Positions 13,255 through 26,270 are shown, numbered from the stretch's first letter. The stretch: DNA of 64,000 bases from Trichosphaerium sp. ATCC 40318 (GCA_038496445.1 JALMLS010000070.1:96574-160573), one strand, 5' to 3'. Made by a program: numbers and translations. The notes: generated by a model from the sequence alone, not told the origin.

Positions 13255-14445
13255 TTAAATGTCATCATCATCGTCGATCGCAACATTAGCAGCGTTCTGA
13301 GCTGTTTGTTGAATTTGTTGAATATCAGCTTGAGATAATTGGACCTCAGCAGGTTGGAGAGCAGGCTCCTTAACCAAAGCCAAAGCGTCATCACTAAAGC
13401 AAGGTAAGAAAACAGCTAAAGCGAAAACAAAAAAAACACAAAATAGCGTTTTATTGTGAGTAAAAAATAGCAGTACGTACCCAGCAAGTTTGCGGAGCAA
13501 ATGAAGGAAAGGTTTCTCGAAATTGTAGTTTGCTTTTACGGACATTGGGTAGTATTGGAGACCCTTTTTACGGTGATATATAATTTGTCTAGCCTTGACC
13601 TAAAGAGAACTGTTAAAACCAAAACATTTTCTACGAACCAATGCGCTAGCCGCGCAAATAAACAATAAAATTACGATTTTTGGGTTTGTTATTTTTTTTC
13701 AGTTGCTTTTCTGTGATTTTAGAAGCAAGTACGTACTTTGCGGTCTTTAACATCAACTTTGTTACCGACAATGCACACTGGGATCTTGTCGCATACACGG
13801 TGGATATCCTTGTGCCAGTTTGGTACGTGTTTGTAGGTCATACGGGAAGTAACGTCAAACATGATAATAGCAGCACGTCCTTCAATGCTATTGAACAATG
13901 TTAGGAAAAAATTCGCGGGAAAAAGAGAAAATCGATAAAAAATGCCGCCTCGTAATTATTTGTGAAAAAAACGTACTAGTACGCATCGCGAAGGGTGGAG
14001 AACTTTTCTTGTCCGGCCTAAAGCGTGTTAGAAAAGAAAAAGTGATTTTTGCCACGTACAGTATCCCAAACGTTGAGAACGACCTTACCGCGTGTAGTGT
14101 ACCTGATTGATGTAAGAACTTGCCCTAAATCGAAAAAAAAAACCAAAACCTACCATGGAAGTGGATGAACTTCAGCTCCAACGGTTGCTAAGTAGGTTAT
14201 TAGACGAGTTCGGTACAGACGAAGCAAAGAAAAAGGAAAAAAGGCTATTTCATGGCACGTACGATAGTATCTCCTCTCAAACTCTCCAGAAAGATGACGT
14301 TTTACGAAGGTAGTTTTTCCAGTACCACCGTCTCCGCAAAGGATGACTTTGAACTGAGGGATGTTTTGCTAGGGCTTTTATTAGCTGAGATTATAGCTGG
14401 TAATGTACGTACAGGTACAGTGGAGAAGTTTCCTGCGTTAGCCAT
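13255..14445 (-). CDS. RAN: Ran GTPase (divergent)
   Basis: Spliced protein has [64 protein letters not shown] and the acidic tail DDDDDI*. Confidence 0.95.
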
Positions 14446-14720
14446 TTGATATAGATAAGGTGTAGTGGTTGGCGCCAAGATAAAATAAGTCAGTGAGAAA
14501 AAATCTCGAAATTTCCGTGCGTTTTCACCGTAGAATGTTCTAGAAGCACTACATTCCACCAAAAAGTTATTAGATAAGCAACTTGTAACATCAAGTGTTA
14601 CGCCATAGTAAAACAATGCTGTTGAAGTGAAGTTATTAGTTTTTATAGTGAAGTCTTCTTCAAAAATAGCCGTCAATGAGCAATCGTTAACATTGGCTAC
14701 AGTTTGCAGTCACCTAGAAA

Positions 14721-17700
14721 ATGCAAAGGCCTAAGGAAAGACTATCAATAGAAACACTCTTAGAGTCTGTAGCCGATGCTATATCTGCTTTGGTTATCTT
14801 CGCCTCTGAAGCTCATCTCAATGAGAAGATTATGACTAATCTCGTTAACGGCTCCAAGATGGTTAAAGGAGCTACAGATTACCTCATTCAGGAAGCTCTT
14901 AAAACCGTAGCACTATGGAGAAAGATTGGATCGGCTGTTATGGCAGATCAGATGCAAGAGTGCTGTGATGGTATTAGAGATAGCGTTAACGATGTCGTGA
15001 GTGCTTGTAATTCGCTTTCAAGAAACAATTACGATAAGAATGCGAAACAGCTCATTCTGGACGCTGGTAAAGGTAGGTAGTATGCTGTGCGAAGCTCGGA
15101 ATGCAAATTCTTTCATCACGTGATAAAAGAGACTTGAAACAGTTTTTTTTTTCTGTTTATCAAAATAACGTTATTTTTTAGAGATAATGAGACATATGGT
15201 TAGGCTGTTGCAGCTAAACGATCTATATGAGGTTACATTAATATTAAAGCATTGCCAAATGTCAAAAACTAAATTAGAGGCACGTGACTATGCTCTAAAA
15301 AGAGAAAGGAGAGCATTCATTTTCTTTTTTCTGTTTATTCAGTTTTTTTGCAGTTGCGCTAGAAACTGTGTACACTTTTATTTTTTTGTAACTCCTTTGC
15401 TTACGCTCTCATAGAGTTATAGTTCACCTACATTCGCAGAGGATGAGTTTAAAGCATCAACTGATTATGCGTTGGACCTAGTTGATTACCGGCTTGAAAA
15501 TGTTCATGAGCCGAAGGTACTATCATTTTTTTTATCTGTCTGAAGGTTAAAAATCCGTTATAGGCTAAAGGGATGATGTTCGAAGCAGCTAAGGATATAA
15601 AACAATTAGCACCACAATTCACAGCGCTTTGCGAGCGTGTTACAATACGCAAGGTACAAGCAAACGAGAAAAACCAAGGTCAAGACTAATACCTAAATAG
15701 GATCGGAGTGCTGTTTCCCAGAGGGATGCTCTAGTTCCTAGAATACAAGATGCGATATATAGACTAGCAGAAGGTGTAAGAGAGAGTGCTAAATCTCCAT
15801 TTGATTTAAGCTTATTGGATCACGAAATGGGCGCTATGATAATTAATCCACAAGATAGAGTTCAGGTCATGTACGGTTTTTGTGCCTTTGGAAGTCGGCA
15901 GAGTTTGTTTCTAATGCTTTGAATTTAAAGGGAAGTACCACGTTTGATGAATTGTTTGAAAGATGCTATACGTGCAGGTGAACTAGGTGACGTAGATCAA
16001 CTTGTTAAGGCGATAAGAAATGAAATTGAGGATCAATTGTACGCTTATGTTAAAACTTCTCCTTAAGAGCATTTGTCGTATTAAACGCACGTGATTTTTA
16101 TTATTTTACTCATCTTGTATCCAAGGGATGCTGCTGAAGACGCATTAAAAGGAATCAAAGATCCAAATCTGAGGAAAAAGCTCCAAGATGCAATAGACAA
16201 TTTGCGTGACAAGTTGGGTAACATGATAGATAAGCTTGGTGATGCTTCACGTGCAGCTGCAAGGAGAAGAGATCCTTCAGCAATACAAGGACTATTAGAT
16301 GAACTTGGAAAAGAACAGTACGTCACAAACTTTATGTTTTTTGAAAATTGGTTAACAGTTTTTTCTTTAAGTGCGAAGGTAGTTCAAGGGATTGCTCGAG
16401 ATCAACTACTTCAAGCTGCAGCTAATATGGATGATTTATTGGATGAATTACCACCAGCTGTAAATAAGAAAGATAGACCACAAGTGGCGCAGATAAACGA
16501 TGAAATAAAAGATAATGCAGATCAACTTGTTGATCTGGCAAATACATTAATTCCTGTTATTGATGACGACCCATTTCGTGCTGGGAGGCTTCAAGATGCT
16601 TCTGATTATGTTAGAGGTATGAAAATGAATATATTTGAGTACTCAACTGTGTTTAGCTGCACCTGATGAACTCAGAGAAGCTGCAGAAAACTGCATGAGA
16701 AGGGTATTTTTTTTCTTGGCTTTCACATAGGTTTTGTTTGTACTTATATACTGCTATTAGCCTGGTGATTCTGATGCTAGAAAGAGATTACAAGATGCCA
16801 TAGATAGACTAAGAGATAAATTGGGGAATCTAGTAAATGCCAGTGAGAAAACAACACCGCAAGAAATCTTGGCAAATGCAGCTAACATTGATGATAAAAT
16901 TAATAAACTTCGACCAGAAGTTGCACAACGTGTTATGAATAAACCAAAAGTGACTCAAGGTACGATTGTGTATATAGATAACTTGTATATTAATTATCTC
17001 ATAAAAAGGTGTAAGAGATGTTGTGAACGCAGTAAAACCTCAAGTCGAACTAGCAAATCAATGGGGAAATAAACAAGATCCAAACACTAGACGTGTTATG
17101 GGAGATGCAGCCAAAAACTTGAAAGGTATAACTTTATTACTGTTTGTATATACTCTAAGATAAGTATTATAGACTCTACTGCTCAACTTATGGCCGCTAC
17201 GAAGCAAGCCTTGGGACCGTCAGGAGCCGTAAGTCTCTTTTCTTTACTTTTTTTTTGGTCTTTTATTAATAGTTTGCTTTTAGCAACGTGGTGACGCTCA
17301 AAAAAATATGAAGCGAGCTTTGGATGCAGTGGCAGCTGCTAATAAAGCTTTGGCTGACGCAGCTATTTCATCTCCTGATGCAGAAATGGAAGCAATAAAC
17401 GGAAGAGTGAAGGAAGATGTACAACGTCTCAGAGATGCGATCAAAGCTGGTGACCTAAACGCACGTGATTTTCCTTACTCCTTTTTTTCTACCCTACATC
17501 TATATGCTCGCTTTCTTATTATAAGGGTAGGATATTGCCAATGCACTACAGAACCTCAATGATGATACCAACGCTCAAGCAATACTCGCAAGTCTTATTG
17601 CTGAAGGTATTGATGATCCAGAGCTACGTAGAACACTCCTAGAGCTAGCAGAGCAATTGAACAGAGGTACAACTTTCTTCTTGCTCCTCGCTTTGGATTA

Positions 17701-19129
17701 TTTTTGTTGAGCTAAAGACCTTTTGTTTAGACTTGATACACGGATTACTCCCTGCTATAAAGGCTGCCTTGTCTGATGAAGATAGACGTGCAATTGCTGA
17801 TCTTGATAAACTACTTGACGAGATTGAGTGGGCTTCAGATCAACTCGTTAATGCGACAGATGAAGTTGCTGCTGAGGATAAACTAGCTGGGTCTGCTAAA
17901 ACGCTGAACAGAATTCTTGATAGACTTTTGAATGATGTTGAAGATTATAATGTTCAAGCAACAGCAAGTGGCTTGAAAGACTTGTTGAATTACGGAAGAA
18001 AGCATAAGGCATTGATGAATGCGATCGCAAATAACAGCGAACACGATCCAGCAGGTGAGTCATCGTTTTTCTTCTTTCACTTTTTTCAGAAACACAAAAG
18101 TTGACCTTTGCTTGTGTTGCTCTAGACGAAGTGGTTTTGTTTGACGTTTTATTTTAGCTGCTGAACGTATGCGCCAAAAGGCAAAGGTTTTTGATGATAT
18201 GTATAAAAAACTAGTCGGTGATGTAAAGAGGAGGTTAGCTGATAAAGATGATAAAGGAGCATTGGAAGAAGTAAGGACTGATATCAGAAGGTTCAAGAAC
18301 CTCATAAACGAAACTGATGCTATGGGTAAAGCAATGAAAGATTCAAGAAAAGCATGGGAAGATCGTCAAGAAGAAGAAGCAAGGTAATACTAAGCAGTAT
18401 GTTCATTCCAGCTAAGTTAATTATTTAGGTTGAAACGCGAAAGACTTGAAAGAGAAATGGCTAATAAGGACCAGATTTATCGTGCAGGAGCTCAAATTGA
18501 AGGTGACATGGCTCGATGGAGAGAAGATGGTACACCAGCAGGAAGACTTGTTGGATTAGCGAATAAGATAGCGATGCTCATGAAAGAACTTTCAGAGGTA
18601 AATTTTTTGACTTCTTTTTTTTATGGTTGTTTCTTTTTAGTCACGTGGGATATTTGGGTTAATTTTTCGTTTTTATTAGGTATCTAAGAGTGGATCTACA
18701 AAGGAGATTATCATGAAAGCGAGAGAAATTGCAGATATGGTAAAAGACGTACGTCGGACACCAAACTTGGTTCAAACTTGTTTCTCGCTTCGAGTTGATC
18801 CTCGTGTTGTGTTATTTATTTACTTTGTTTAGGTTCAAAAAGCTGCAAATGATGCTTCTGCGCAATGTAGGAACAAGAAAGCTGGAGCTACAATTTCCGA
18901 TAATGCCTCTGTGTCTAACAATCACTCTATTCAACTAAAAATTTTGGCTGCTGTGAAGGTACAATCTATTTAAAGATATCTTTTTTGTCTTGTTAATATC
19001 TGTTCTTTTCAGGCTGCCTCAAATACTACAGAAGACAAAGCATTGATAAAATGTTGTAAAGGATTAGCTAGATCTGTAGTCGATTGTGTAGAAGCATGTC
19101 AAATGGCACAACTGAAGAAGTACATGTAA
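14721..19129 (+). CDS. Vinculin/alpha-catenin family protein
   Basis: N-terminal IETLLESVADAISALVI, repeated helical-bundle units (DPxLRxxL) and a tail IQLKILAAVKA like vinculin TQLKILSTVKA. Confidence 0.8.
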
Positions 19130-19477
19130 TGGTGACACCTTTTTTATTAAATCAATAAACGTCCTTAGTGGACATAACATGAAAGAGAATCATCAAATAT
19201 CTTCTTTGATTTACTCTAGATTTATAATAGAGAAAGAAATTAAGACTTCCAATAGCTTGATCAGTAAGCAAAGGCAATACAAGTGAAAAAGTCTTTGAAA
19301 ACTGTTTATTTTGACTTCTGGTTAACGTACCTCCTCATCAGTCAACGTTGCTCCGTAGGTATGCAATATGAGCTATTAGACGTTGTCTTGTTTAAGTTGT
19401 TGGGAAGAATATTCTTTTACTTTTTGATGCTTTTTCAACAACTTTTTTTTGTACATGTTGGTTAACGTTATTTTAGG

Positions 19478-20416
19478 ATGAGAAGCTCAACGAGGCCACT
19501 ACTCCAAGAATTCAAGATCAGCAGAAGTATTGAAGCAATCTGCGATGACGTTCTGGTGATAATCGTAGATGCTTTGCTTTTTATGAAAGCAACAAGCGTT
19601 GTACACCTAGGAGCAACAAACAAAACATTAAGAAAGCGTATTAAAACATACCATTACGCAGACGAATCAATATTACGTGATATGGCACTATTACAACTTC
19701 TGGGCGTAACAAAAGCCAATGCGATACGTATAATGGACAATCTAAAACAAAAAACGTGTACATTCTTCGAAACAGGAGAAGACAAACAGGTTTATCCTTC
19801 GTTTTGGAACATGCTTATAAGGACAAGATCAAACTTTTTTTACGCAATTGCTAATCCCGAAGAATCTCACGTGAACGATTATGATGTACAGCTTCCTAGT
19901 CACGTGTATTGTGATGGTTGTTCAAGTTCTGTTTGTTCATTTACAAAAGAGAATGTACGTTTTTGTAGCGCATGTGTTGTTAGTTGTACACCTGATGTAG
20001 CATGGAAGAGATTAACTTGTTCTGTTTGTTCTTCTGATACACGGAGTGCTTGTTTTAAATGGAATGATAGGGATTACTGCTCAAAATGTGTAACAACAAG
20101 AAGACCTTTGATTGGAGCTTCTCTTACGCTTGCCTATGTTGAAGATGGTGCTTATGGTGTAAGACTTCCAGACGATAAGTATATTGCTTCTTGTAAGGAC
20201 GAAGTGGTTGTTGCGGAAGCTGATGAGAGTTCTATTGAAAGTACTGATGAATATATTTATGGTAGATGGGAAGATAATAGACAGTATGAGATTGAAGAGA
20301 AGGACACTTTTGGAAACATACTTATAAAACTAGATGAGAAGAAAGGTTGTCTTTTTAATATTTATGCGTATGTCGGTTTAGGAGCTAACTACTATTGGTT
20401 TTATTGTGAAAACTGA
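19478..20416 (+). CDS. Degenerate F-box-like N-terminus plus CxxC-rich (zinc-binding) region in a single long exon
   Basis: ICDDVLVIIVDALL...LGATNKTLR; CDGC, CSAC, CSVC and CSKC pairs. Confidence 0.55.
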   Translation: MRSSTRPLLQEFKISRSIEAICDDVLVIIVDALLFMKATSVVHLGATNKTLRKRIKTYHYADESILRDMALLQLLGVTKANAIRIMDNLKQKTCTFFETGEDKQVYPSFWNMLIRTRSNFFYAIANPEESHVNDYDVQLPSHVYCDGCSSSVCSFTKENVRFCSACVVSCTPDVAWKRLTCSVCSSDTRSACFKWNDRDYCSKCVTTRRPLIGASLTLAYVEDGAYGVRLPDDKYIASCKDEVVVAEADESSIESTDEYIYGRWEDNRQYEIEEKDTFGNILIKLDEKKGCLFNIYAYVGLGANYYWFYCEN

Positions 20417-20779
20417 TGTATGCATCGTATATCACTTGTTTTCTCATTCTTTGATCCCTTTACCGACAGTAGTATTGACACGAACGTTATACATTCTTTT
20501 AATGTACAAACGCAAATAAATCATTCACCCACCACACTCTAGCGATGTTGAATGAATATGTTATTGCACGTGTACAAACACCACAACGTCCCATGAAAAA
20601 CTTGTATTATTGTCGAGTACAATAAATAGTCTTTGTTTTCATAACCCCTTCATACAGTTAAGAAAATACAGCCATATCTAGGTGTTTCATTTCGCATACT
20701 TCAAGGGAACGAAAGTAGAGTTCTAATCCTCTTTTTTTCCTACATTTTTGGCAGTCTGTAGGTATGCATAGAAGTGTAC

Positions 20780-21567
20780 TGTTAGAACTTGCAACATAAC
20801 ACATTACAGTATCCTTATATGTTACTTTACGTGGTAAGAGATACTCACGTGTTTGTATCATGAGTGTACCGGCTAGCTAAAAGTAAGTCAAACATAACTA
20901 AGCTACAACAACAAATGCGAAAAAAACAAGAAACGAAACTGCTTCATTTATCTCATTTTTAAGCAGCTTCATTTTGGTCTCAACCGTTGTTTTGTTAACA
21001 TCTCTATTTAGACGACAATTAACGGAAGAATTGTTGTAGCTGGCTAAGCCAAGACGTGACCGCGACTACACTATGTATATGTGTAATTTTTGATGGCAGG
21101 GAATCTGTTGTATCACAGTTACGCTAATACGCTGTAACCGTGCCACATTATTTCATAAAATTACAGTGTTAGCGGTTTGTTTTGGCCATGGTAAATGTAA
21201 GATATCCCGTTATTGTTCATTTGTGCGACAAAAGCATACTCAACATTTCTTAAAGATCTTCACGGCGTGTTTTTTTCTGGTGCCAACATTTAGCAACTTT
21301 CGGTGTAGCACTATGTGTATAAAGTGTACGTTTTGGAAAACTACTGGAAGTTTATGGTGTTTGTGTTTACTACTCTAATACTAATTATTGACAGGTTTAG
21401 ATTTTATAGAACCCCAATAAACGTTACTCAAACCCATCGACAAGTCCCGGCTAGCTCAGTTGGTAGAGCGTACGGCTCTTAACCGTACGGTCGAGGGATC
21501 GAGACCCTCGTCGGGAGTTTTTTCAACTCAGTTAACTGAGTATGCAAAATAAATTTAATAAATACTT
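20780..21567 (+). repeat. Copy 1 of an inverted duplication of about 0.8 kb (tRNA-Lys gene plus long 5' flank)
   Basis: Collinear with the reverse complement of about 63173-63940. Shared blocks include attacagtatcctta, ctgcttcatttatctcatttt, tgtaatttttgatggcagg and tttggaaaactactggaa. Confidence 0.9.
21445..21517 (+). tRNA. tRNA-Lys (CTT)
   Basis: 73-nt cloverleaf: acceptor TCCCGGC/GTCGGGA, D arm GCTC..GAGC, anticodon arm TACGG-CTCTTAA-CCGTA, T arm GAGGG-ATCGAGA-CCCTC; T6 Pol III terminator at 21518-21523. Confidence 0.95.
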
Positions 21568-21590
21568 TTAATATAAATAAATATTTATTT

Positions 21591-21656
21591 GCTTCATCTC
21601 AGTTGGTTGAGCGCACGGCTCTCAACTATGCAGTTGATGTATCCACACTCATTTTT
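21591..21656 (+). repeat. tRNA-Lys-derived short element, copy A
   Basis: ctcagttggttgagcgcacggctctcaactatgcagttgatgtatccacactcattttt; near-identical to the copies at 50822 and 53520. Confidence 0.8.
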
Positions 21657-21986
21657 ATTAACCGTTTGAGGGGTTCTAATGTGCCATCACGTGCAAAATC
21701 GAAAAGGCTAGTAGATGGAGCAGTGCTAGGGAAGAATACGTATTAGTGTTTGAAATAAAAGTTGTCCAATTTTTGTTTTGATTTGACAGCTGGGTTTTTT
21801 TGGAATTGACACTCAACAATTCAGCAAGCTCATTTCACCTTCTACTGCTTTAACGACCAAAAAGTGACACCTTGGTCATTTCTTTTTTACTAGCTATCAT
21901 TCCCTACTATGGACATACTTGGTTTTTATTTGCTTTACACCTACACAATATTTTACAAAAACTAATGAGACATTTAACTGCATTCA

Positions 21987-22882
21987 TTACAAGTTGTCAT
22001 CTATGACATTAAAGGCATGATGGAAGTAGTCCATATCATCAATATATACAACTAGCTCATAAGATCCAGTAACAGATATGTTACAAGAAATAATAACATC
22101 ACTACCCTCTCCTGTAACGACAGTAGACAAGGTTTCTACAAACAAAAAAACTGAGCTTTGAACAAAATGAAAAAGGAAGAGCTTAGTTGTATATCGTACC
22201 TGGGCCGCCAGTGATACTAGCATTAACACGGAACGGTTGAAATGAAACTGGTTTATACATGGAATCCTTTGTTTCAATTGTGAAACGAGCTGTTTGGCCT
22301 AATGCCATCTGGGTGTTTTTGTTAGTTTCTTGAGGTTTGTGAGCAGTGAAAGAGAAATACTGTACTTTTTGAGGTCCTTTGATGTAATGCATGAGCTAGC
22401 AAGATGCGTCAGTATCCAAAAACGGCGAAGAATAAAATTAATTGGTAGTATTGAGCTTTCACGCTGCAATTAGCGCTTTTGTGGCGTTGTTTGCGTTTTG
22501 GACGTATGCTAGCGCCGCAAGTAAATACGTACATTTCCTTGTGCTTCTGGTTGGTAACCACCTCTGGCGCCGCTAGGTGAGTGTGTGTTACCAGTTTGGC
22601 CATTCCCAGCGCGATTACTGAGAGCGTTGTTTAACTTGGCTCGATCTGCAGCTGTCAAACCGGCAAGAGGACCATTTAGCGTAGTGCGTTAACATAGCCG
22701 AATTCGGAAACCCATGCAATAAAACAAAATTCCTAACTCACCAGTTCCTTTTTGAACGCTATTTTGCGCATTCTTAGCGTCTGACGCTATGCGTTGTACA
22801 CCTTATAATTCATTTAGAATAAAAATCTTCTAATAACCTTACGCAAAGCGTTCTGTATTTTAAAATCCATCAAATGAGCCAT
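21987..22882 (-). CDS. Small protein with a C-terminal filamin-type Ig repeat
   Basis: Exons assemble in frame from MAHLMDFK. GQTARFTIETKD...ITGGP...GSYELVVYID resembles a filamin/ABP280 repeat. Confidence 0.55.
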
Positions 22883-23011
22883 ATTTCTTGTCTAAACGAT
22901 ACTGCGCAACTGTAGTGTACTTGTTATTACACAAAACTTAAAACGACAAGTTCAGTCACCATTCTCCTCAACAATCCTCGCATTATCAAAATAACCATAC
23001 AAACATCTTAA

Positions 23012-24891
23012 ATGTCAAATTCACGTGTTGCTGATCCAAAGAAGCTCAAAAGAGGGTCTTCAGCGTCAGATGTTAAAGATAAGAGGTTTCAAATGTTTAC
23101 TCATATAGATACTGCGTCTAAATCGTACGTAACGATATCTTTTGGAGAAAAAAAAAAAGAATTTGGAATTTATAACCAAAACGATTAGTTTTTCTGGCTT
23201 TACTGAGCGTATGATGTACGGAGAGAAAATATCAGAGGACAGTGTCATTGACGACATCGTAAACGAGAAACCAAAGACTGCAGCAGACGGATTAGGTACC
23301 CTTATCCTCCCTTAGACAATTCTTGGGAACAGACTGTCGTTAACCATATATAATTCTGTAGGAAAAGGATTGCTGTCTCTTGGTCACAATTTAGTTAAAG
23401 GCGTTACTGGTATTGTGGTACACAAATCTCATAGAAAAACATTTATTTATAATACACGTGGCTGAAGTGTTTTCTCTTTGTTAGGTTGAGCCTGTAAAAG
23501 GAGCAAAACATAGTGGTGGTGTAGGATTTTTAAAGGGAGTTGCAGTTGGTTTAACAGGGTAAGCTCACGTGGTCATAGTAGCCACCCTTTTTTTTTCTTT
23601 TTTGAACGAACAGAAAAAAAATACCAGAATTCGTGTTGTGGAATTTCTATGCCTTCGTAAAAAATCAGCGCCTAAGGAAGGTAATTCTAGTGACTACGAA
23701 CCTAGTTTCTATTGTTGGGAGTTTAGATACATTCGTTATCAATGCATATGTTTTAAGTGACCAACAACGCACTTTTATTTCGAATATTTCAGAAAACCAG
23801 ATGTCCTGATATTGTTGTTTTAGTGTTGTAACAAAGCCTGTTGTCGGTGTAGTTGATCTTGTCGCAAAAACATCTGAAGGCATTGCAAATACACCGCATA
23901 CTATACACAACGCTTTGATGATTGCTAGAGAACCACCACAAGAAGGTAGTATTACTTTGTGTTTGTTTGATAAACGATTAACACAATGTCCTAGATAAAA
24001 TAGCCCATTTCGGACAACCACTTTCTAGTTCTGTTCAGAAAGCAGACGATCAAGGAAAAATACACATTGCATTTGCTTGTTATAAACATATTAGAGAAAA
24101 CGGTTTACAGTCGGTTGGTATTTTCAGGTTGGCTGCGAGCAAGAAAACGCTTTTAAAGTTGCGCGATCAAGTTGGTACGGTAAATGGCTTATCGTATCTT
24201 TCATTTACAAGTCTTTTTAGATTCAGGAGAGACATTAAAACTTGATCAGTATAATATGAACACGGTTGCTTGTCTGTACAAAGTATGTTTTTTTTTTTGT
24301 TTTCTTTTGCTATGCGCATTCTTATTTATTGTGTAGCTTTATTTTGCTGAGCTTCCTGACTCTGTTATTCCATCATCTTCTTACTATGATCTACTACGAA
24401 TGGCAGAACAGAAGAAACCAGAAAACGAAATAGTGATGCTCCTGAAACCGTTTGTTAAAAACTTAGAGGCTGTCAATCGAGTAAGTATTTTGTTTGGGTT
24501 TTACTTCGATTTTATGTGCTTACTTTTTATAGCACGTGCTTTTACAACTAATGGACGTATTATATGAAATTCATAAACAAAGCAAAGTAAATAAGATGGA
24601 TGCCCATAACCTTTCAGTAGTATGGGTAAGTATAAGCTAAAACGTTTTTTTTTCTCGTTTTTTTCTTATTTTATTTTAAAGGTTCAAAATGTTCTAAAAG
24701 CTCCTCCTGCAACCCCTGACCAAGATGAAAACGCGTACCTCATGCAACTTCTACGAAATGCGCCAAAATTGGCAACTGTTATTAAAGTGATGATTGAACA
24801 CTTTGAAGAAATATTTAGCATCACTGCTGAAGATCAAAGTGCTGGGAATGATGATGGTGAAATTTTAACTAATGATTGTCCGCTCGATTAA
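23012..24891 (+). CDS. RhoGAP with an N-terminal ATG2/VPS13 C-terminal (ATG_C)-like Gly-rich amphipathic region
   Basis: GVTGIVVEPVKGAKHSGGVGFLKGVAVGLTGVVTKPVVGVVDLVAKTSEGIANT, then FGQPL, GIFRLAAS (arginine finger), YFAELPDSVIP and NKMDAHNL. Confidence 0.85.
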
Positions 24892-25053
24892 AAAATAAGG
24901 TGTAAAATAAATAATAAGGTATAGGCATTTCATAAAACCGTCGTGAACAAAACCCGAAAAAAACATTTGAATTTTTTTAGCTAAGTGGAGCTCCTTTGGT
25001 AAGAACTTAGCTAATCATAACAATGGTTTATTTAATGTGGTACAACGTTTTTG

Positions 25054-25714
25054 TTACACGATTGTGGCCTTCTCCAGTTCACCATCAAAATACCATCTCT
25101 TGTATTCTCCCTTTGGCTTACCATTTACATAAAAACCCTTTTCCCATAATTGACCATTAACATGCCAAAGCTTATGCTCTTACACCATTCTCATAAGTGG
25201 TTTTTTCATACAAGATACCATTACGATGCCACTGAGTCTTCAGACCCACTTGAGCACCATTTACAAAATAAGACAGCTCCAATAACTGTCCGTTCTCATG
25301 CCACTCAGTGTACTCACCTTCTCTCTTACCATCTCGGTAATTATACTGAGAATACAATTCGCCGCTCTCATACCACTCCTGGTAGACTCCTTCATTTTTA
25401 TTGTGGACAAAATAACAGAGGTTCCTTAAGACACCGTTGTCATGCCATAACTTAAACTCACCGTGTAGTTGACCGCGCATCCAAAACTCTTGACATACAA
25501 TCATTGCTGTGAGTGTATTGTTTTCGTAGAATACCTTCCGTTGTAACCATTTGCCGTTTTTCTCGATGTTGCCGTCAAACCTTGTTGTTAGTGCCGTGTA
25601 CTTTGATAAGACAGGCCATTTCAGGTAAACCTCGAAGTCTCTGTAGATTATTGCTATTTGAATCTCCATTGGGAGTAGTAGTAATGCGTTATTTGCAGGT
25701 ATTAATGAGCTAAT
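25054..25714 (-). pseudogene. F-box-like plus MORN-variant (YwqK-like) repeat gene with a frameshift near 25175
   Basis: The ORF stops at YENGVRA*, but the repeat continues in another frame as HKLWHVNGQLWEKGFYVNG...ATIV*. It is a paralog of 53820-55247. Confidence 0.7.
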
Positions 25715-26210
25715 CTAATTAATGTCTGCGTCAGAACACACGATACTAGAGACTACAAAACAAGCAAGTTTTAGAAACACGTAGATTGCGAATTGGTCAG
25801 CGTGCAAGAAGTAGATTGAGTGATTTTCTTTGGTAGAAAGGCTTTTTGTACAACAGGAGAGTTTTGTAGAATAAGAGGTTTTTTTAAAAGTGCATAGCCA
25901 AAGACTACGGAGAACATACAACACGGCTAACAGACAACAATGCAATTTATCAAATTACTCGTTTCATGCTTTGCTCTGTTAGCGCTATTTTGCATGCTAT
26001 TGGTATGATGGTAGTCTTGGCAGTATAGCGTTGATCAAAGCAAAGCTCAACGAAAAGAATCAAAAGGGTTCATGTACCTCTTTAGAGTATCGAGCCATGA
26101 TGTAAGAACAAACGGTCGGCGGACACTGTTTGTCAAGATTAAAGAAACAATCTTGCTAACGAAGTGAAGGACTTTAAGCCAGCCTTTTTGGCTTAATAAA
26201 CATATTTTTA

Positions 26211-26270
26211 TCCTTAGCTCAGTTGGTTGAGCGGGAAGCTCTTAACTGTAGGGTTACGGGATCTAGACGG
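26211..26270 (+). repeat. Degenerate tRNA-Lys-like element, copy D
   Basis: tagctcagttggttgagcgggaagctcttaactgtagggttacgggatctagac retains the A box, the CTT loop and GGGATC. Confidence 0.65.

Noticed and set aside
21166-21378. ORF similar to 63260-63463 (CSTxCIKCTFWKTTG)
   Set aside because: The similarity comes from the DNA duplication. Starts, stops and frames are not conserved between copies, and one ORF runs into the tRNA.
21591-21656. Calling elements A, B and C tRNA-Glu(CTC) genes
   Set aside because: They have no 3' acceptor strand and no proper T arm or B box, so they cannot form a cloverleaf.
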